A DNA stretch of 64,000 nt from Promethearchaeota archaeon (GCA_018238625.1 JABCSY010000007.1:1-64000), one strand, 5' to 3'; positions 54,540-64,000 are shown, counted from the first letter of the stretch. Numbers and translations are program-made. The notes: generated from the sequence alone by a model not told the origin.

Positions 54540-54677
54540 ATGTCTGAATGGAAATACAAAGTTAAAAAACCCGTAGCCGAAGAGGCCTTTTGTACTGGCT
54601 GAGGCATCGTTGACGGAATAATTTCGTGTATAAGTAATCTAAAAAAACAACGCAAAGAAAAGAAAAACCAAAAATAA
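54540..54677 (+). CDS. Putative micro-selenoprotein 1 (CxxU), UGA at 54600-54602
   Basis: MSEWKYKVKKPVAEEAFCTG-U-GIVDGIISCISNLKKQRKEKKNQK; conserved 3' RNA element follows. Confidence 0.65.
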
Positions 54678-54681
54678 ACTA

Positions 54682-54744
54682 AATCTCGAGGAGTAAAGCA
54701 AAAACGATAGGTTTTATTCCTTAGTTCCGCAAGAACTTGAGATT
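54682..54744 (+). ncRNA. Conserved 3'-UTR structured element, copy 1 (SECIS-like candidate)
   Basis: AATCTC/GAGATT; GAGGAGTAAAGC/GTTTTATTCCTT with loop AAAAACGATAG; AGTTC-CGCAA-GAACT. Confidence 0.75.
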
Positions 54745-54898
54745 AACTCTTACATTTTTACTTAACATTACTCTTTTTATTATTATAAAAAATTACTTAA
54801 TTGCGTGTTAACTTTATTTTTTATAAACCTAACCCTTAATACTCCTGATTTTTATAAATTTAATAATATATTTAATGATTTAAAAGTGAGAAAAACTT

Positions 54899-55048
54899 AT
54901 GTCGGAAGAAGACGAATTTGATTTTGGATTTGATGACAATTGCTATCAAACTAGTTGATCGTTACTTACTATGTGGTACTTAAGAGCTTTAAAAACGCAA
55001 AAAGCTAAAGAAAAAATGGATAAAAACATGAATAATAAAGATCTCTAA
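54899..55048 (+). CDS. Putative micro-selenoprotein 2 (Cx4U), UGA at 54956-54958
   Basis: MSEEDEFDFGFDDNCYQTS-U-SLLTMWYLRALKTQKAKEKMDKNMNNKDL; conserved 3' RNA element follows. Confidence 0.6.
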
Positions 55049-55105
55049 GATTAAGTCGTTAAACGATAGGATTTAATCGATAAGTTCTATGCAAGGACTT
55101 GAGAT
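55041..55105 (+). ncRNA. Conserved 3'-UTR structured element, copy 2
   Basis: ATCTC/GAGAT; GATTAAGTC/GATTTAATC with loop GTTAAACGATAG; AGTTC-TATGCAA-GGACT. Confidence 0.75.
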
Positions 55106-55119
55106 ACAATTTCTTATTA

Positions 55120-55131
55120 CTTTTTTTTTTT
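55120..55131 (+). terminator. Oligo-T archaeal terminator
   Basis: Long T run directly after element 2, between convergent genes. Confidence 0.5.
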
Positions 55132-55153
55132 GAAAAACAAAAAGAGAAAAACA

Positions 55154-56518
55154 TTAATAGGGTTTTTTTGGCCCTTCTCCAACCTTTCTGTAAATAAAAC
55201 CCTTTTCTTCAACCACTTTCTTGTCAAATATGTTCCTTCCATCTATAATAATCGCTGTTCTTACCTTCTTCTTTAAATCGTCAAGGTCGAGGTTATAATA
55301 TTCCTTATGGTTTGTTGCAAAGATTAATACATCAGCCCCTTTTACTGCTTCATTAAAATCACTTGTTAACTCAGTAAGTCTATAATCCCTTTCTTTTACA
55401 TACGGATCATGGGAAATGTATATAATGTTATGAGAATGATATCGATTTTGTAATACCTTAACAATATTTTCAGTTGGTGTATTTCTCACATCATCAGTAT
55501 TTGCTTTATATGATACTCCTAAAAGTACAATCTTTATATTATCTACTAGTTTATGGATTTCTCTAAATACATCCTCCATTAATTCAACCATATGGTAGGG
55601 CATATAATCGTTCAAGCTTCTTGAGTCAGGAATTATCTTTATTTTGGATTCGTTAATTTTTTCGGTATATTTATTAAATCCGTATAATAGAAGCCAAGGA
55701 TCTTTTGTCAAGCAATGTCCTCCTACGCCTGAACCGGGGTAATGCATCATTCTGTCGTGGCGTTGATTTATTAATTCTACAATTTCGTATATATTTCGAT
55801 TAAAATCTTCGCTTAATAACGCCATCTCGTTTGCAAATGCAATATTTACGTCTCGGTATGCGTTCTCTATGCATTTAGTTAACTCTGCCGTAAGGGTGTC
55901 TGTTATCTGAAGTTCTTTTTTAACAACCTTCGCGTACAAATACATAGCTTTATCGTTGGCCTCTTTACAACCACCACCAATTACCCTAGGAAAATTTATG
56001 ATATAGTCCAATAACTTACCGGGCATTACGCGCTCAAACGAAAAAACAAGATAGAAATCCTTACTCCGCTTTAAACCACTTCCTTCTTCTAAAATAGATT
56101 GTACAACATTATCTGTCGTTCCAGGTGCTACTGTAGATTCAAGTATGACTGTGGCACCCTTTTTCATGTGTTTTGAAATCTGTTGAGAAACTTCCTTTAA
56201 AGATTCGTACCTTGGGGTCCTCTGGTCGTCTACAGGCGTTTGTACATCAATTAAAATATAATCCGCATTTTTGACATCGTTATATTTGTCAGTAACTTTA
56301 AATTTTCCATTTTTTACTACTCTTTCAATTAGCTCATCTAATCCAGGCTCATCTCCTTCAAAAGGATTTTTACCGCTATTAAGCCAATCAATTTTCCAAC
56401 TAGATCTTTGAGACCTTCGTTGAATACCAGTAACATAGAAATCGTCTACATCAGCTAACAGAGCAGCCATCGGAATACCAACGTATCCCATACCAATTAC
56501 AACGATGTTAGTAGGCAT
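55154..56518 (-). CDS. Nucleotide-sugar dehydrogenase (WecC/UDP-GlcNAc-DH family)
   Basis: GMGYVG, ESTVAPGTT, ENAYRDVNIAFANE, GVGGHCL, YKANTDDVR. Confidence 0.95.
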   Translation of the reverse strand: MPTNIVVIGMGYVGIPMAALLADVDDFYVTGIQRRSQRSSWKIDWLNSGKNPFEGDEPGLDELIERVVKNGKFKVTDKYNDVKNADYILIDVQTPVDDQRTPRYESLKEVSQQISKHMKKGATVILESTVAPGTTDNVVQSILEEGSGLKRSKDFYLVFSFERVMPGKLLDYIINFPRVIGGGCKEANDKAMYLYAKVVKKELQITDTLTAELTKCIENAYRDVNIAFANEMALLSEDFNRNIYEIVELINQRHDRMMHYPGSGVGGHCLTKDPWLLLYGFNKYTEKINESKIKIIPDSRSLNDYMPYHMVELMEDVFREIHKLVDNIKIVLLGVSYKANTDDVRNTPTENIVKVLQNRYHSHNIIYISHDPYVKERDYRLTELTSDFNEAVKGADVLIFATNHKEYYNLDLDDLKKKVRTAIIIDGRNIFDKKVVEEKGFIYRKVGEGPKKPY

Positions 56519-56653
56519 TTTAATTACTCAAGCTTATTAAAAAATTTGATATTAAGTTTATAACCTAAATTCAAAAATAAACCATACTTGAAAAAATTTC
56601 ATACTTTTCATAAAAAAAAAATAAAAAAGTTACTAAATAATTTCGGATTAAGA

Positions 56654-57334
56654 TTATTTTTTCTTTTTCTTATATGACGATCCTCTAACGGCTTTAAATA
56701 CACTCGCTATTACTGCTCCAGCAATGAACCCACCTACATGTGCAAAGTGAGCTGTCTGACCAATGCTAAAGGGATCCATTAGTGAAACCATAGCATAAGT
56801 TAATTCCGCTATAAAATATGTTATTATGAAATAACCAGCACCTATTTTTCGCATACCTGTTGAACCCAAAAGATAAAATTTATTACCTGGATAAAGAATA
56901 GCATATACAGCCATAAGCCCAAATATAGCTCCAGAAGCTCCTAATGAAGGAATAGTAGATAACATCGGCCCCCATACGGGAATAATTATTGTGCTCAATG
57001 CATGAAGAAAACTACCAAATAACCCTGAGAGTAAATATGTAACTAAATATAATAAATGCCCCATAGCATGCTCGCAATTGTCAGTTATTACAATGAAAAA
57101 CCACATGTTCATAAGTATATGCATAAAATCTCCGTGCATAAACATTGAGGTAAATATCGTCCATAATTTTTCTCCGGCGAAAAATTCAGCAGGAACAAAA
57201 GCATATTCAATGTGCATCTGCAGCGCAGGGTCCATTATTTGCCATACGAAAACTAGAATGTTAGCAACTAAGAAAATAACCGAGAAATATTGCTTCATAA
57301 AAGAAATTTTATCGTCTGACGCTTCGAATACCAA
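56654..57334 (-). CDS. Rhomboid intramembrane serine protease
   Basis: TSMFMHG, HILMNM, GASG, AHFAHVGG. Confidence 0.95.
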   Translation of the reverse strand: MVFEASDDKISFMKQYFSVIFLVANILVFVWQIMDPALQMHIEYAFVPAEFFAGEKLWTIFTSMFMHGDFMHILMNMWFFIVITDNCEHAMGHLLYLVTYLLSGLFGSFLHALSTIIIPVWGPMLSTIPSLGASGAIFGLMAVYAILYPGNKFYLLGSTGMRKIGAGYFIITYFIAELTYAMVSLMDPFSIGQTAHFAHVGGFIAGAVIASVFKAVRGSSYKKKKK

Positions 57335-57502
57335 TTTAATTCACACTTCCTATATAATTAAAAAGTTTTTAATGTTTTTGTAGAGTTAGATTTTAATAGT
57401 ATTTAAGAATTTTTTTGATAATTAATAAATTTCCATAATTATTAATAAATTTGGAAATAATAACATAAAAACATTAAAAAATAACAAGGGATAACACGCA
57501 TT

Positions 57503-58687
57503 ATGCGATTAGGAGAATCTACTTTACGTAATATTGCAAAAATCCAACCTGATACTGTAAAGAGGAAGCGTATTTCAAGTTACGACAAGACGGGGGGAAA
57601 TAACGATTGGATCGATGTTCAACCTGGAGAAAAGGTAACAATTGGAAAAGAAAATTTTACTGGGTGTATAACCCATTTATGGTGCACAATAAAATGTAAA
57701 GACCGTTATTATTTAAGAAATATAATAATTAGAATGTATTGGGACGGTGAACAAGACGATAAACCTAGCGTAGAGGTTCCAATTGGAGATTTTTTCGAGT
57801 TAGGTCACGCTAAACACAAGAATTTTGTTTCTTTACCGCTCCAAATGAGTCCACAATCGGGAAAAGGGTTCAATTGTTGGTGGCCAATGCCCTTTTCAAA
57901 AGGTTTTAAAATAACAATAGAAAACGATGCCTCTAAACCTATGAGATTTTTTTATTATATTGATTACGAAATCTACGAGGATGGATTCGATAACGAGAGG
58001 GATTATGGAAGGTTCCACGCTCTCTGGCACCGCGAAAATCCTACAGCTCCCAAAAAGAAAGATTGTGAAACCGGAAAAAAGTTTTATAAGGTGAGACCAA
58101 AGAAGTTCTGTTATAAAGGGTGTAATGTCGATAATCCTCTGATGGAAAATTACAAAATTCTTCAAGCAAGAGGAAAAGGTCACTTTGTTGGATGCAATAT
58201 TAATATTGATAATATTTCATTTATGCCTTGGTACATTAATTGGCCTGGCGAAGGAGACGATATGATATATATCGACGACGATGTTGAAAAAGGCGAACCA
58301 ACATTACATGGGACTGGCACAGAAGATTACGTGAACCAAGCCTGGGTGCAACGCCAAAACTATTCTGCCCCATATCACGGTACAATTAAATCTGGTGGGT
58401 TAAACTGGTGGGGTAAAATCTCCTATTACAGATATCATATTGAAGACCCTATCTATTTCAATAAGAAAATAGTGGTCTCAATCGAACACGGGCACGACAA
58501 CCACCGTAAAGACGATTGGTCGTCAACGGCTTATTGGTACCAACGAGAACCACACGACCATACTTTGTTTCCAAAATTATTAGATAAAGAAGGAAGAAAA
58601 CCGCGCGTTCTTGTTGCTCATATGGTTAGAAAATCTATATGCCTCGTTTTAATCGTATTCGTCCCGCTTTTATGGTTATTCCTTTAA
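57503..58687 (+). CDS. DUF2961 / GH172 glycoside hydrolase
   Basis: SSYDKTGGNND, PSVEVPIGDFF, WPGEGDD, GTGTEDY, IEHGH. Confidence 0.92.
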   Translation: MRLGESTLRNIAKIQPDTVKRKRISSYDKTGGNNDWIDVQPGEKVTIGKENFTGCITHLWCTIKCKDRYYLRNIIIRMYWDGEQDDKPSVEVPIGDFFELGHAKHKNFVSLPLQMSPQSGKGFNCWWPMPFSKGFKITIENDASKPMRFFYYIDYEIYEDGFDNERDYGRFHALWHRENPTAPKKKDCETGKKFYKVRPKKFCYKGCNVDNPLMENYKILQARGKGHFVGCNINIDNISFMPWYINWPGEGDDMIYIDDDVEKGEPTLHGTGTEDYVNQAWVQRQNYSAPYHGTIKSGGLNWWGKISYYRYHIEDPIYFNKKIVVSIEHGHDNHRKDDWSSTAYWYQREPHDHTLFPKLLDKEGRKPRVLVAHMVRKSICLVLIVFVPLLWLFL

Positions 58688-58790
58688 ATTTTCTTACAAA
58701 TCTTTTTTTATGAAGTTAAAAATAAAACAAGTGAAAACTTAATAATTTTTAATTAATATCTTATCGTCTAATGATGATTTATTACAATAA

Positions 58791-59783
58791 TTATACTGGT
58801 TCAATGGCCTCATCTTTTTTAATAGAGGATGAGGATTTTTTCATGTCCATCGTCTCAATATCTGCTTGAAATCTACCAAGGGCGGAAGTTCCAATGAAAA
58901 TTAAAACGATCGCAAGGAAGAACAGAAAATAATTATTGAATGTTTGTTTAAAGACTAGAGTTCCAGCAATTATAGGTATTGATAACCCAATTGAATCCAA
59001 TATCGGAAATACTACTGCCATTCTACTTTTTTGGAAAGCACTTTGGTAAAACGCAAAACTAGCGATATTACAAATCGCTAAGCCCCACCACCCAATAAAA
59101 ACCCACAAATGAGGGTAATCAAACCAGAATACTCCAAAAAATATTTCTATCCCAAAATACCAAGTCAATTGTACGTTTGCTTGCCCTATTGCTTGAGCTA
59201 AAATGTTAGTAAAGACGCCTCCAAGCGCCAAGAAAAAAGAACCGGTTAACATAACAAAAAATCCTTCTAATTTCGTTCCTCTTTTCTTTTGAGAATAAAT
59301 AAAGCTACCAATGGTAATCGAAAACGCTATTATCAAAAAAATAGTTAATGGGATGACCATTTCGTGTAAATCAATAGCGACTTCAGAAATACCTGCAAGT
59401 GCAATTAATATAGGGGAAATAGCTAAAACAGTTATCGCGAGAAATTCATACCAAGTTACAGTTTCACCTAAAATACGGTTTGCGGCAATAACTACAATGA
59501 TTATACCAATACTGTTAATTGGTTCTGCTACCATAAATCCTACTAAACCTATTGACATTACGTAGGGAAACCAAGCAACAACACCCAGAATAGCGCCTAA
59601 AAGCCACCACTTGTTTTTTGCAATTTCTTTAAATGCTTTTAGTACCCCTACAAATCCTTTATCGAAAGTAATTTCTGGACCTGCTCGTAAACCCATTTTC
59701 TGGAAGACAATTCCTAAGTTAAACATAGGAGTTGCGATTAGCACTAAAATAATTCCCAATGTAACTGTATACGTATCAACCAT
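58791..59783 (-). CDS. DMT-superfamily (NIPA-like) transporter
   Basis: NLGIVFQK...WWLLG, 9-10 TM. Confidence 0.75.
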   Translation of the reverse strand: MVDTYTVTLGIILVLIATPMFNLGIVFQKMGLRAGPEITFDKGFVGVLKAFKEIAKNKWWLLGAILGVVAWFPYVMSIGLVGFMVAEPINSIGIIIVVIAANRILGETVTWYEFLAITVLAISPILIALAGISEVAIDLHEMVIPLTIFLIIAFSITIGSFIYSQKKRGTKLEGFFVMLTGSFFLALGGVFTNILAQAIGQANVQLTWYFGIEIFFGVFWFDYPHLWVFIGWWGLAICNIASFAFYQSAFQKSRMAVVFPILDSIGLSIPIIAGTLVFKQTFNNYFLFFLAIVLIFIGTSALGRFQADIETMDMKKSSSSIKKDEAIEPV

Positions 59784-59902
59784 AATTCCCTAGCTCTAAT
59801 TAAAGATTTATAATACCTAAGAAAATTATTCATCAATTTTAATCTTATTTATGTAATAAGCAGCGATTTCTCGAGAATAATTTTAAAACTGATAAGAAGT
59901 AA

Positions 59903-60307
59903 CTAATTAGTTTCTTTTTTCTTTTTCTTTTTTTCAAGTAAATTTTTTATATAGGTTATAATTTCGTTTCCGGAAATTGCTTTAACTAAATAACCATCCG
60001 CACCGAGTTCTTTACCTTTTTTAATGTCTCCAAAAAAATTTTTCACAGTAAAAAGAACTACAAGGATGTGGCTAAACTTTTCGTTGGATTTGATGGATTT
60101 GAGTACCTCGTACCCATTAAGATTTGGCATCATAATATCTAAAAGTACTAGTGCGATATCCTCGTGTTTTTCTTCCACTATCTGTAACGCTTCACTTCCA
60201 TTACTACAAGTAAGGGTCTCGTAATGCTCTAGTTGTAAAAATTTTTCAGTTAACTTGACGATATCTTCTTCGTCGTCGACAATGAGAATCTTTCTTGCTA
60301 TTGACAT
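59903..60307 (-). CDS. Stand-alone response regulator
   Basis: ILIVDDE, LLDIMMP, GADGYLVK. Confidence 0.92.
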   Translation of the reverse strand: MSIARKILIVDDEEDIVKLTEKFLQLEHYETLTCSNGSEALQIVEEKHEDIALVLLDIMMPNLNGYEVLKSIKSNEKFSHILVVLFTVKNFFGDIKKGKELGADGYLVKAISGNEIITYIKNLLEKKKKKKETN

Positions 60308-60531
60308 TCAGAACCCAGATTTATGTTAATATATTTTTTTATTTCTAACAAATATATGGTTTATTTGGTTATTTATAAAACATATATAATTTTAGTTAAT
60401 TTCTCGATAATATCAAGAAAATTAACTTATAAATAGTTATTTAAAAATCATTTGATTTTAAGCTGATTAGAAGTTTTGAAATAAGTAATTTACGACATTA
60501 AACCAGAATTTAATAGTTTTAGCTATACGTT

Positions 60532-60912
60532 CTATTTATTTAAAACTTTTTTTATGTAATCACGAAGTTCATTTCCCGAAAACGGTTTGGTAATGTATCC
60601 ATCTGCGCCTAATTCTTTACCTTTTTCAATATCTTCCTCAAAACTCTTAACTGTAAAAAGGACAACTCGGATATTCTTATAGTCCTCCTTCGATCTTATG
60701 GATCGGAGAACTTCAAACCCACTAAGACCCGGCATCATAATATCACATAAAATAAGCGCAATTTCCTTATATTTATCCTCAACAATTTTAATCGCTTCTT
60801 TGCCGTTGCTACAAGTAAGTATTTTAAAACTATCAAGTTGTAAAAATCTTTCAGTAAGATTGACGATATCAGGCTCGTCGTCAACTATGAGGATAGTATT
60901 TTTTTTTGACAT
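60532..60912 (-). CDS. Stand-alone response regulator (tandem paralogue)
   Basis: ILIVDDE, LCDIMMP, GADGYITKPF. Confidence 0.93.
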   Translation of the reverse strand: MSKKNTILIVDDEPDIVNLTERFLQLDSFKILTCSNGKEAIKIVEDKYKEIALILCDIMMPGLSGFEVLRSIRSKEDYKNIRVVLFTVKSFEEDIEKGKELGADGYITKPFSGNELRDYIKKVLNK

Positions 60913-61052
60913 GTTTAACCTCGATTGTTTTTAATAAAATTGTTTTTTTTTAATTTGGCATTTAACTTATTCTTATGACTACATATATATTTTATCTACT
61001 TATTTAATAATTTATATCTATACTTTTTAGCATTTTCAAATATTGAAAATTT

Positions 61053-61709
61053 ATGTCAAATCGCGAAGGTACGCCTAAATTTCCAGATTCCTACATAGGT
61101 GATAAATCAGTAGAGTACGATAATTCAACTTGGATGGAAAGAAATCAAAAAAAGACATCTTTATTATGTTTACAATACTTACGCGATGATAAATTGGATA
61201 GTCTTGGCAACTATGATGTTTTAGATGGTAATCCTTATATTATTGTGGATTTAGGTTGTGGTTCAGGCTTTTCTTCTGAAATTTTAGTGGATAGTGGCCA
61301 TCGAGTTATTGGCATCGATATTCTAATCGATATGATCTCAAAAGCAAAAACTAAAAAAAAAATCTCAGAACATAAAAAAGATTTAGAGCTAATATTAGCC
61401 GATATTAATCATATCCCTTTAAGAAAGGCTTCAATTAACCACATTATTTCAATTTCGGCTTACAATTTTATAATTTATGGAGCAAAAACAATCCGAGAAA
61501 AATTTAAAACCGCTAATAATACAGCATTATATTTGAAAAAAATTATGAAACCAAAAGGAAGAATAATAATCGAATTTTATCCAAAAGACGAAAAGGAGTT
61601 AGATCTATTTATATCTTCCTTTAATAGTAATGATTTTGATGGATTTATGATTAAAAAGAACCCTGCTCAAAAAGCGGGCCAAACTTTCTTATTGTTAAAA
61701 AAGCAATAA
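61053..61709 (+). CDS. Class I SAM methyltransferase, Bud23/WBSCR22-like
   Basis: DLGCGSGFSSEIL, ISISA, EFYPKD. Confidence 0.8.
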   Translation: MSNREGTPKFPDSYIGDKSVEYDNSTWMERNQKKTSLLCLQYLRDDKLDSLGNYDVLDGNPYIIVDLGCGSGFSSEILVDSGHRVIGIDILIDMISKAKTKKKISEHKKDLELILADINHIPLRKASINHIISISAYNFIIYGAKTIREKFKTANNTALYLKKIMKPKGRIIIEFYPKDEKELDLFISSFNSNDFDGFMIKKNPAQKAGQTFLLLKKQ

Positions 61710-61855
61710 GAAGATATAGTAGTTTATTAGTTTGATAAAATACATATTTTTTAACGATCCTGTGAAACTGTTATTATTTTTTTCCCCACAATAATTAATA
61801 AATAGGAAAAATAAGATAACCTTACTATTAATTTTAAAAAATAAGTTGCTTAAGA

Positions 61856-62956
61856 ATGAAAAGAATTAAGACTGTTGATACAATTCGTGGATTATGCATA
61901 CTCCTCATGATTCTTGGACACCTAATTGATTGGTGGATTAGAATCGAGGATAGATGGTTAATAAATATATTGTTTGCATTTTTAGCGCCTATAGCTGCTT
62001 CAGGATTTATGTTTATTTCAGGATTCAGCGCTATTTTATCTTATAAAAGTAAAGTTACAAATATAGACGACTCAAATGGACTTACTATGCGCAGAGTTAA
62101 AAACATATACCTTATTAGAGCTTTGTTATTATTAATCGTAGCTTTGCTTTATAATACAGCAATAGCTTTTGGAATTAACGATCTTACTTGGATTTGGGCG
62201 TGGAATGTTTTACAAACAATCGCGATTTCGCTCTTATTGGGGTGGTTTTTCTTAAATACTTCAAAAATATTTAGAATTTTGGTTGGAATTGTATTACTAG
62301 TTGGCAATCAATATATTTCACCCTTATTGCTAACTTATGATGGACAAACTAATATTTATGGGCTATTATTCTATATTTTATTCCATCCTATAGAACAATT
62401 TACGATCTTGTCTTATTTTTCTATATTTCTCCTTGGAACTGTAGTGGGAGATTCATTTATTGAGGTTAATAAAATTAACGATCAAAGGGAAAGGAAACAT
62501 GCGATAAATTATGTGTTTATAACGCCTCTATTGTTAATTGGGATAATTTCAGTATTCTTTGGTTTCATTTTTCGTTTTCCTGATATCATTTCTCGTAGAA
62601 CCTTTTCTTCGCTGGTGTTTTCTATTGGTTTTTTTCTAATATTGCTTTCAATACTTTTATTTAATGAAGAATTTGAGATTATAAGTGTAAAAAAAAGTTA
62701 TAGATTCTTCTTTTATTACTCTTTTTACTCTTTTACTATTTATTTGGCGCATGATTCATTGTATTTTGTATTTTTTGGTCAATTAAACGCTTTGACTATT
62801 TGGATAGCCCTCGTAGGAACTATATTTATAATAACATTAATACTCAAAGGCGTTTATAAAAAATGGGGGAGAAAAGCTTCTCTAAAAACTCAATTAAGCA
62901 TTCTAAGTTTAATAATACTAAATAAAATAGAACAAAAAGAAAGCAAAAATAACTAA
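61856..62956 (+). CDS. DUF1624/HGSNAT-like membrane acyltransferase
   Basis: RIKTVDTIRG...MILGH, FMFISG, WNVLQTIA. Confidence 0.82.
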   Translation: MKRIKTVDTIRGLCILLMILGHLIDWWIRIEDRWLINILFAFLAPIAASGFMFISGFSAILSYKSKVTNIDDSNGLTMRRVKNIYLIRALLLLIVALLYNTAIAFGINDLTWIWAWNVLQTIAISLLLGWFFLNTSKIFRILVGIVLLVGNQYISPLLLTYDGQTNIYGLLFYILFHPIEQFTILSYFSIFLLGTVVGDSFIEVNKINDQRERKHAINYVFITPLLLIGIISVFFGFIFRFPDIISRRTFSSLVFSIGFFLILLSILLFNEEFEIISVKKSYRFFFYYSFYSFTIYLAHDSLYFVFFGQLNALTIWIALVGTIFIITLILKGVYKKWGRKASLKTQLSILSLIILNKIEQKESKNN

Positions 62957-63078
62957 TTTAGCAATAACTTTTTTTTCAATTGAAGTTTAATTTCTTGTTT
63001 TAGGGTATGAATGATAAAATTTATTTAATTCTAATAATTTCTAACTCTAACTACTTCAATTAAAAATTGTTTTAAAAA

Positions 63079-63384
63079 ATGCAACGAGCAAGAATTAGGC
63101 TTTCATCGACAAAGCTTCCAGCGCTAAAAGGCGTATGCGAACAAATAGAAAGCGTGTGTAAAAATCAAGGCATTAGAAAACTTGGGCCAATCCCCTTACC
63201 TACAAAGAGATTACGCGTACCCGTATTAAAAGCACCTTCTGGTCAAGGAACTGCGACTTGGGCGAAGTTTGAAATGAGAATCCACAAACGTCTTTTTGAA
63301 ATAATTGCGAACGAGCGCTCGATGCATCTTATTATGAAGATCCAGATTCCAGAATCAGTTTTAGTCGAAATTGAGCTAATTTAA
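63079..63384 (+). CDS. rpsJ: 30S ribosomal protein uS10
   Basis: ARIRLSS, GPIPLPTK, KAPSGQG, FEMRIHKR. Confidence 0.95.
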   Translation: MQRARIRLSSTKLPALKGVCEQIESVCKNQGIRKLGPIPLPTKRLRVPVLKAPSGQGTATWAKFEMRIHKRLFEIIANERSMHLIMKIQIPESVLVEIELI

Positions 63385-63512
63385 TCATCATATTTTGTTG
63401 GTTGATTACAATCTGGAGTAAATGTCAAAATTAATGTAATCAGACTTCTTTTTATAATCTAGATATATTCCATAATAAAAATTTAAATGTTAAAAGATTA
63501 ATTTATTATTGT

Positions 63513-64000
63513 ATGCCTTTCACATCGTATCATTTAGGCCCAGGGTTAATGGTTGGATTATTGTTTCTTAATTTCATCGATTTTCCTACATTCTTAATTG
63601 CTAGCGTAATTGTTGATATAGAACCCTTTATAGTCTTATTTTTTAACTTAGATTACCCGCTTCACGGATTTTTCCACAGTTTTTTAGGAGGAACTATCGT
63701 TGCACTTCTCTTGACGGTGGTAATGAGCAGAATTAGAAAATGTTTTTCCCCTTTAATGTCGTTTTTCAAGTTAAAACAAGATGTATCGTTTAAAAGAATC
63801 TTGGTTGCCTCCCTTTCGGGAATTTATATTCATATTTTACTCGATTCCCCTATTTACACGGATATTCAACCTTTTTTTCCTCTCAATTCTAATCCTTTCT
63901 ATCAGAATACCAGTTTTCCTGGATTATTGCAAATCATAATATGTATGTGGTGTTTCATGGGAGCATTAATTTTTTACATGATTAGATTAATTCAATATAA
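63513..64000 (+). CDS. Membrane metal-dependent hydrolase-like protein (YdjM/DUF4184-like), truncated by window edge
   Basis: MPFTSYHLGPG...VIVDIEP...LHGFFHSF...HILLDS...PFFP. Confidence 0.8.
   Translation, partial: MPFTSYHLGPGLMVGLLFLNFIDFPTFLIASVIVDIEPFIVLFFNLDYPLHGFFHSFLGGTIVALLLTVVMSRIRKCFSPLMSFFKLKQDVSFKRILVASLSGIYIHILLDSPIYTDIQPFFPLNSNPFYQNTSFPGLLQIIICMWCFMGALIFYMIRLIQY

Noticed and set aside
54682-55105. CRISPR repeats or simple terminators
   Set aside because: Only two copies ~360 bp apart, with conserved loops and variable stems; no cas genes
4430-60934. Other short ORFs overlapping confident genes (e.g. 4430, 10722, 15428, 25198, 38557, 46129, 47847, 50562, 57078, 59311, 60698)
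   Set aside because: Shadow or out-of-frame ORFs without motifs
1-64000. Global UGA reassignment (genetic code 4/25)
   Set aside because: TGA ends normal genes (e.g. 4222, 7007, 12783, 37725) and long conserved ORFs have no internal TGA

Overview
AT-rich archaeal DNA, most likely Asgard/Lokiarchaeia. That assignment is inferred from a Rab-like GTPase, longin-like domains, a stand-alone RING finger, a Bud23-like methyltransferase and archaeal uS10. The window holds a phosphate-uptake cluster (PhoU/AbrB regulator, pstS, fused pstC-pstA, pstB, phoU, arsC) with a small GTPase pair inside it, several ABC systems, glnA, two divergent gdhA paralogues, guaA, pepF, glycosidases, a 1724-aa FG-GAP surface protein and two-component parts. 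I saw no rRNA, canonical tRNA, CRISPR array or transposase. The top observation is at 54540-55105: two tandem micro-ORFs missed by the ORF track (45 and 49 aa) each have an in-frame UGA just after a Cys (CTGU; CYQTSU). Each is followed by the same ~63-65 nt three-helix RNA element with compensatory stem changes and conserved loops. This is a candidate selenopeptide system with a non-canonical SECIS-like 3' element. Family assignments come from motif recognition only; no searches or folding programs were run.
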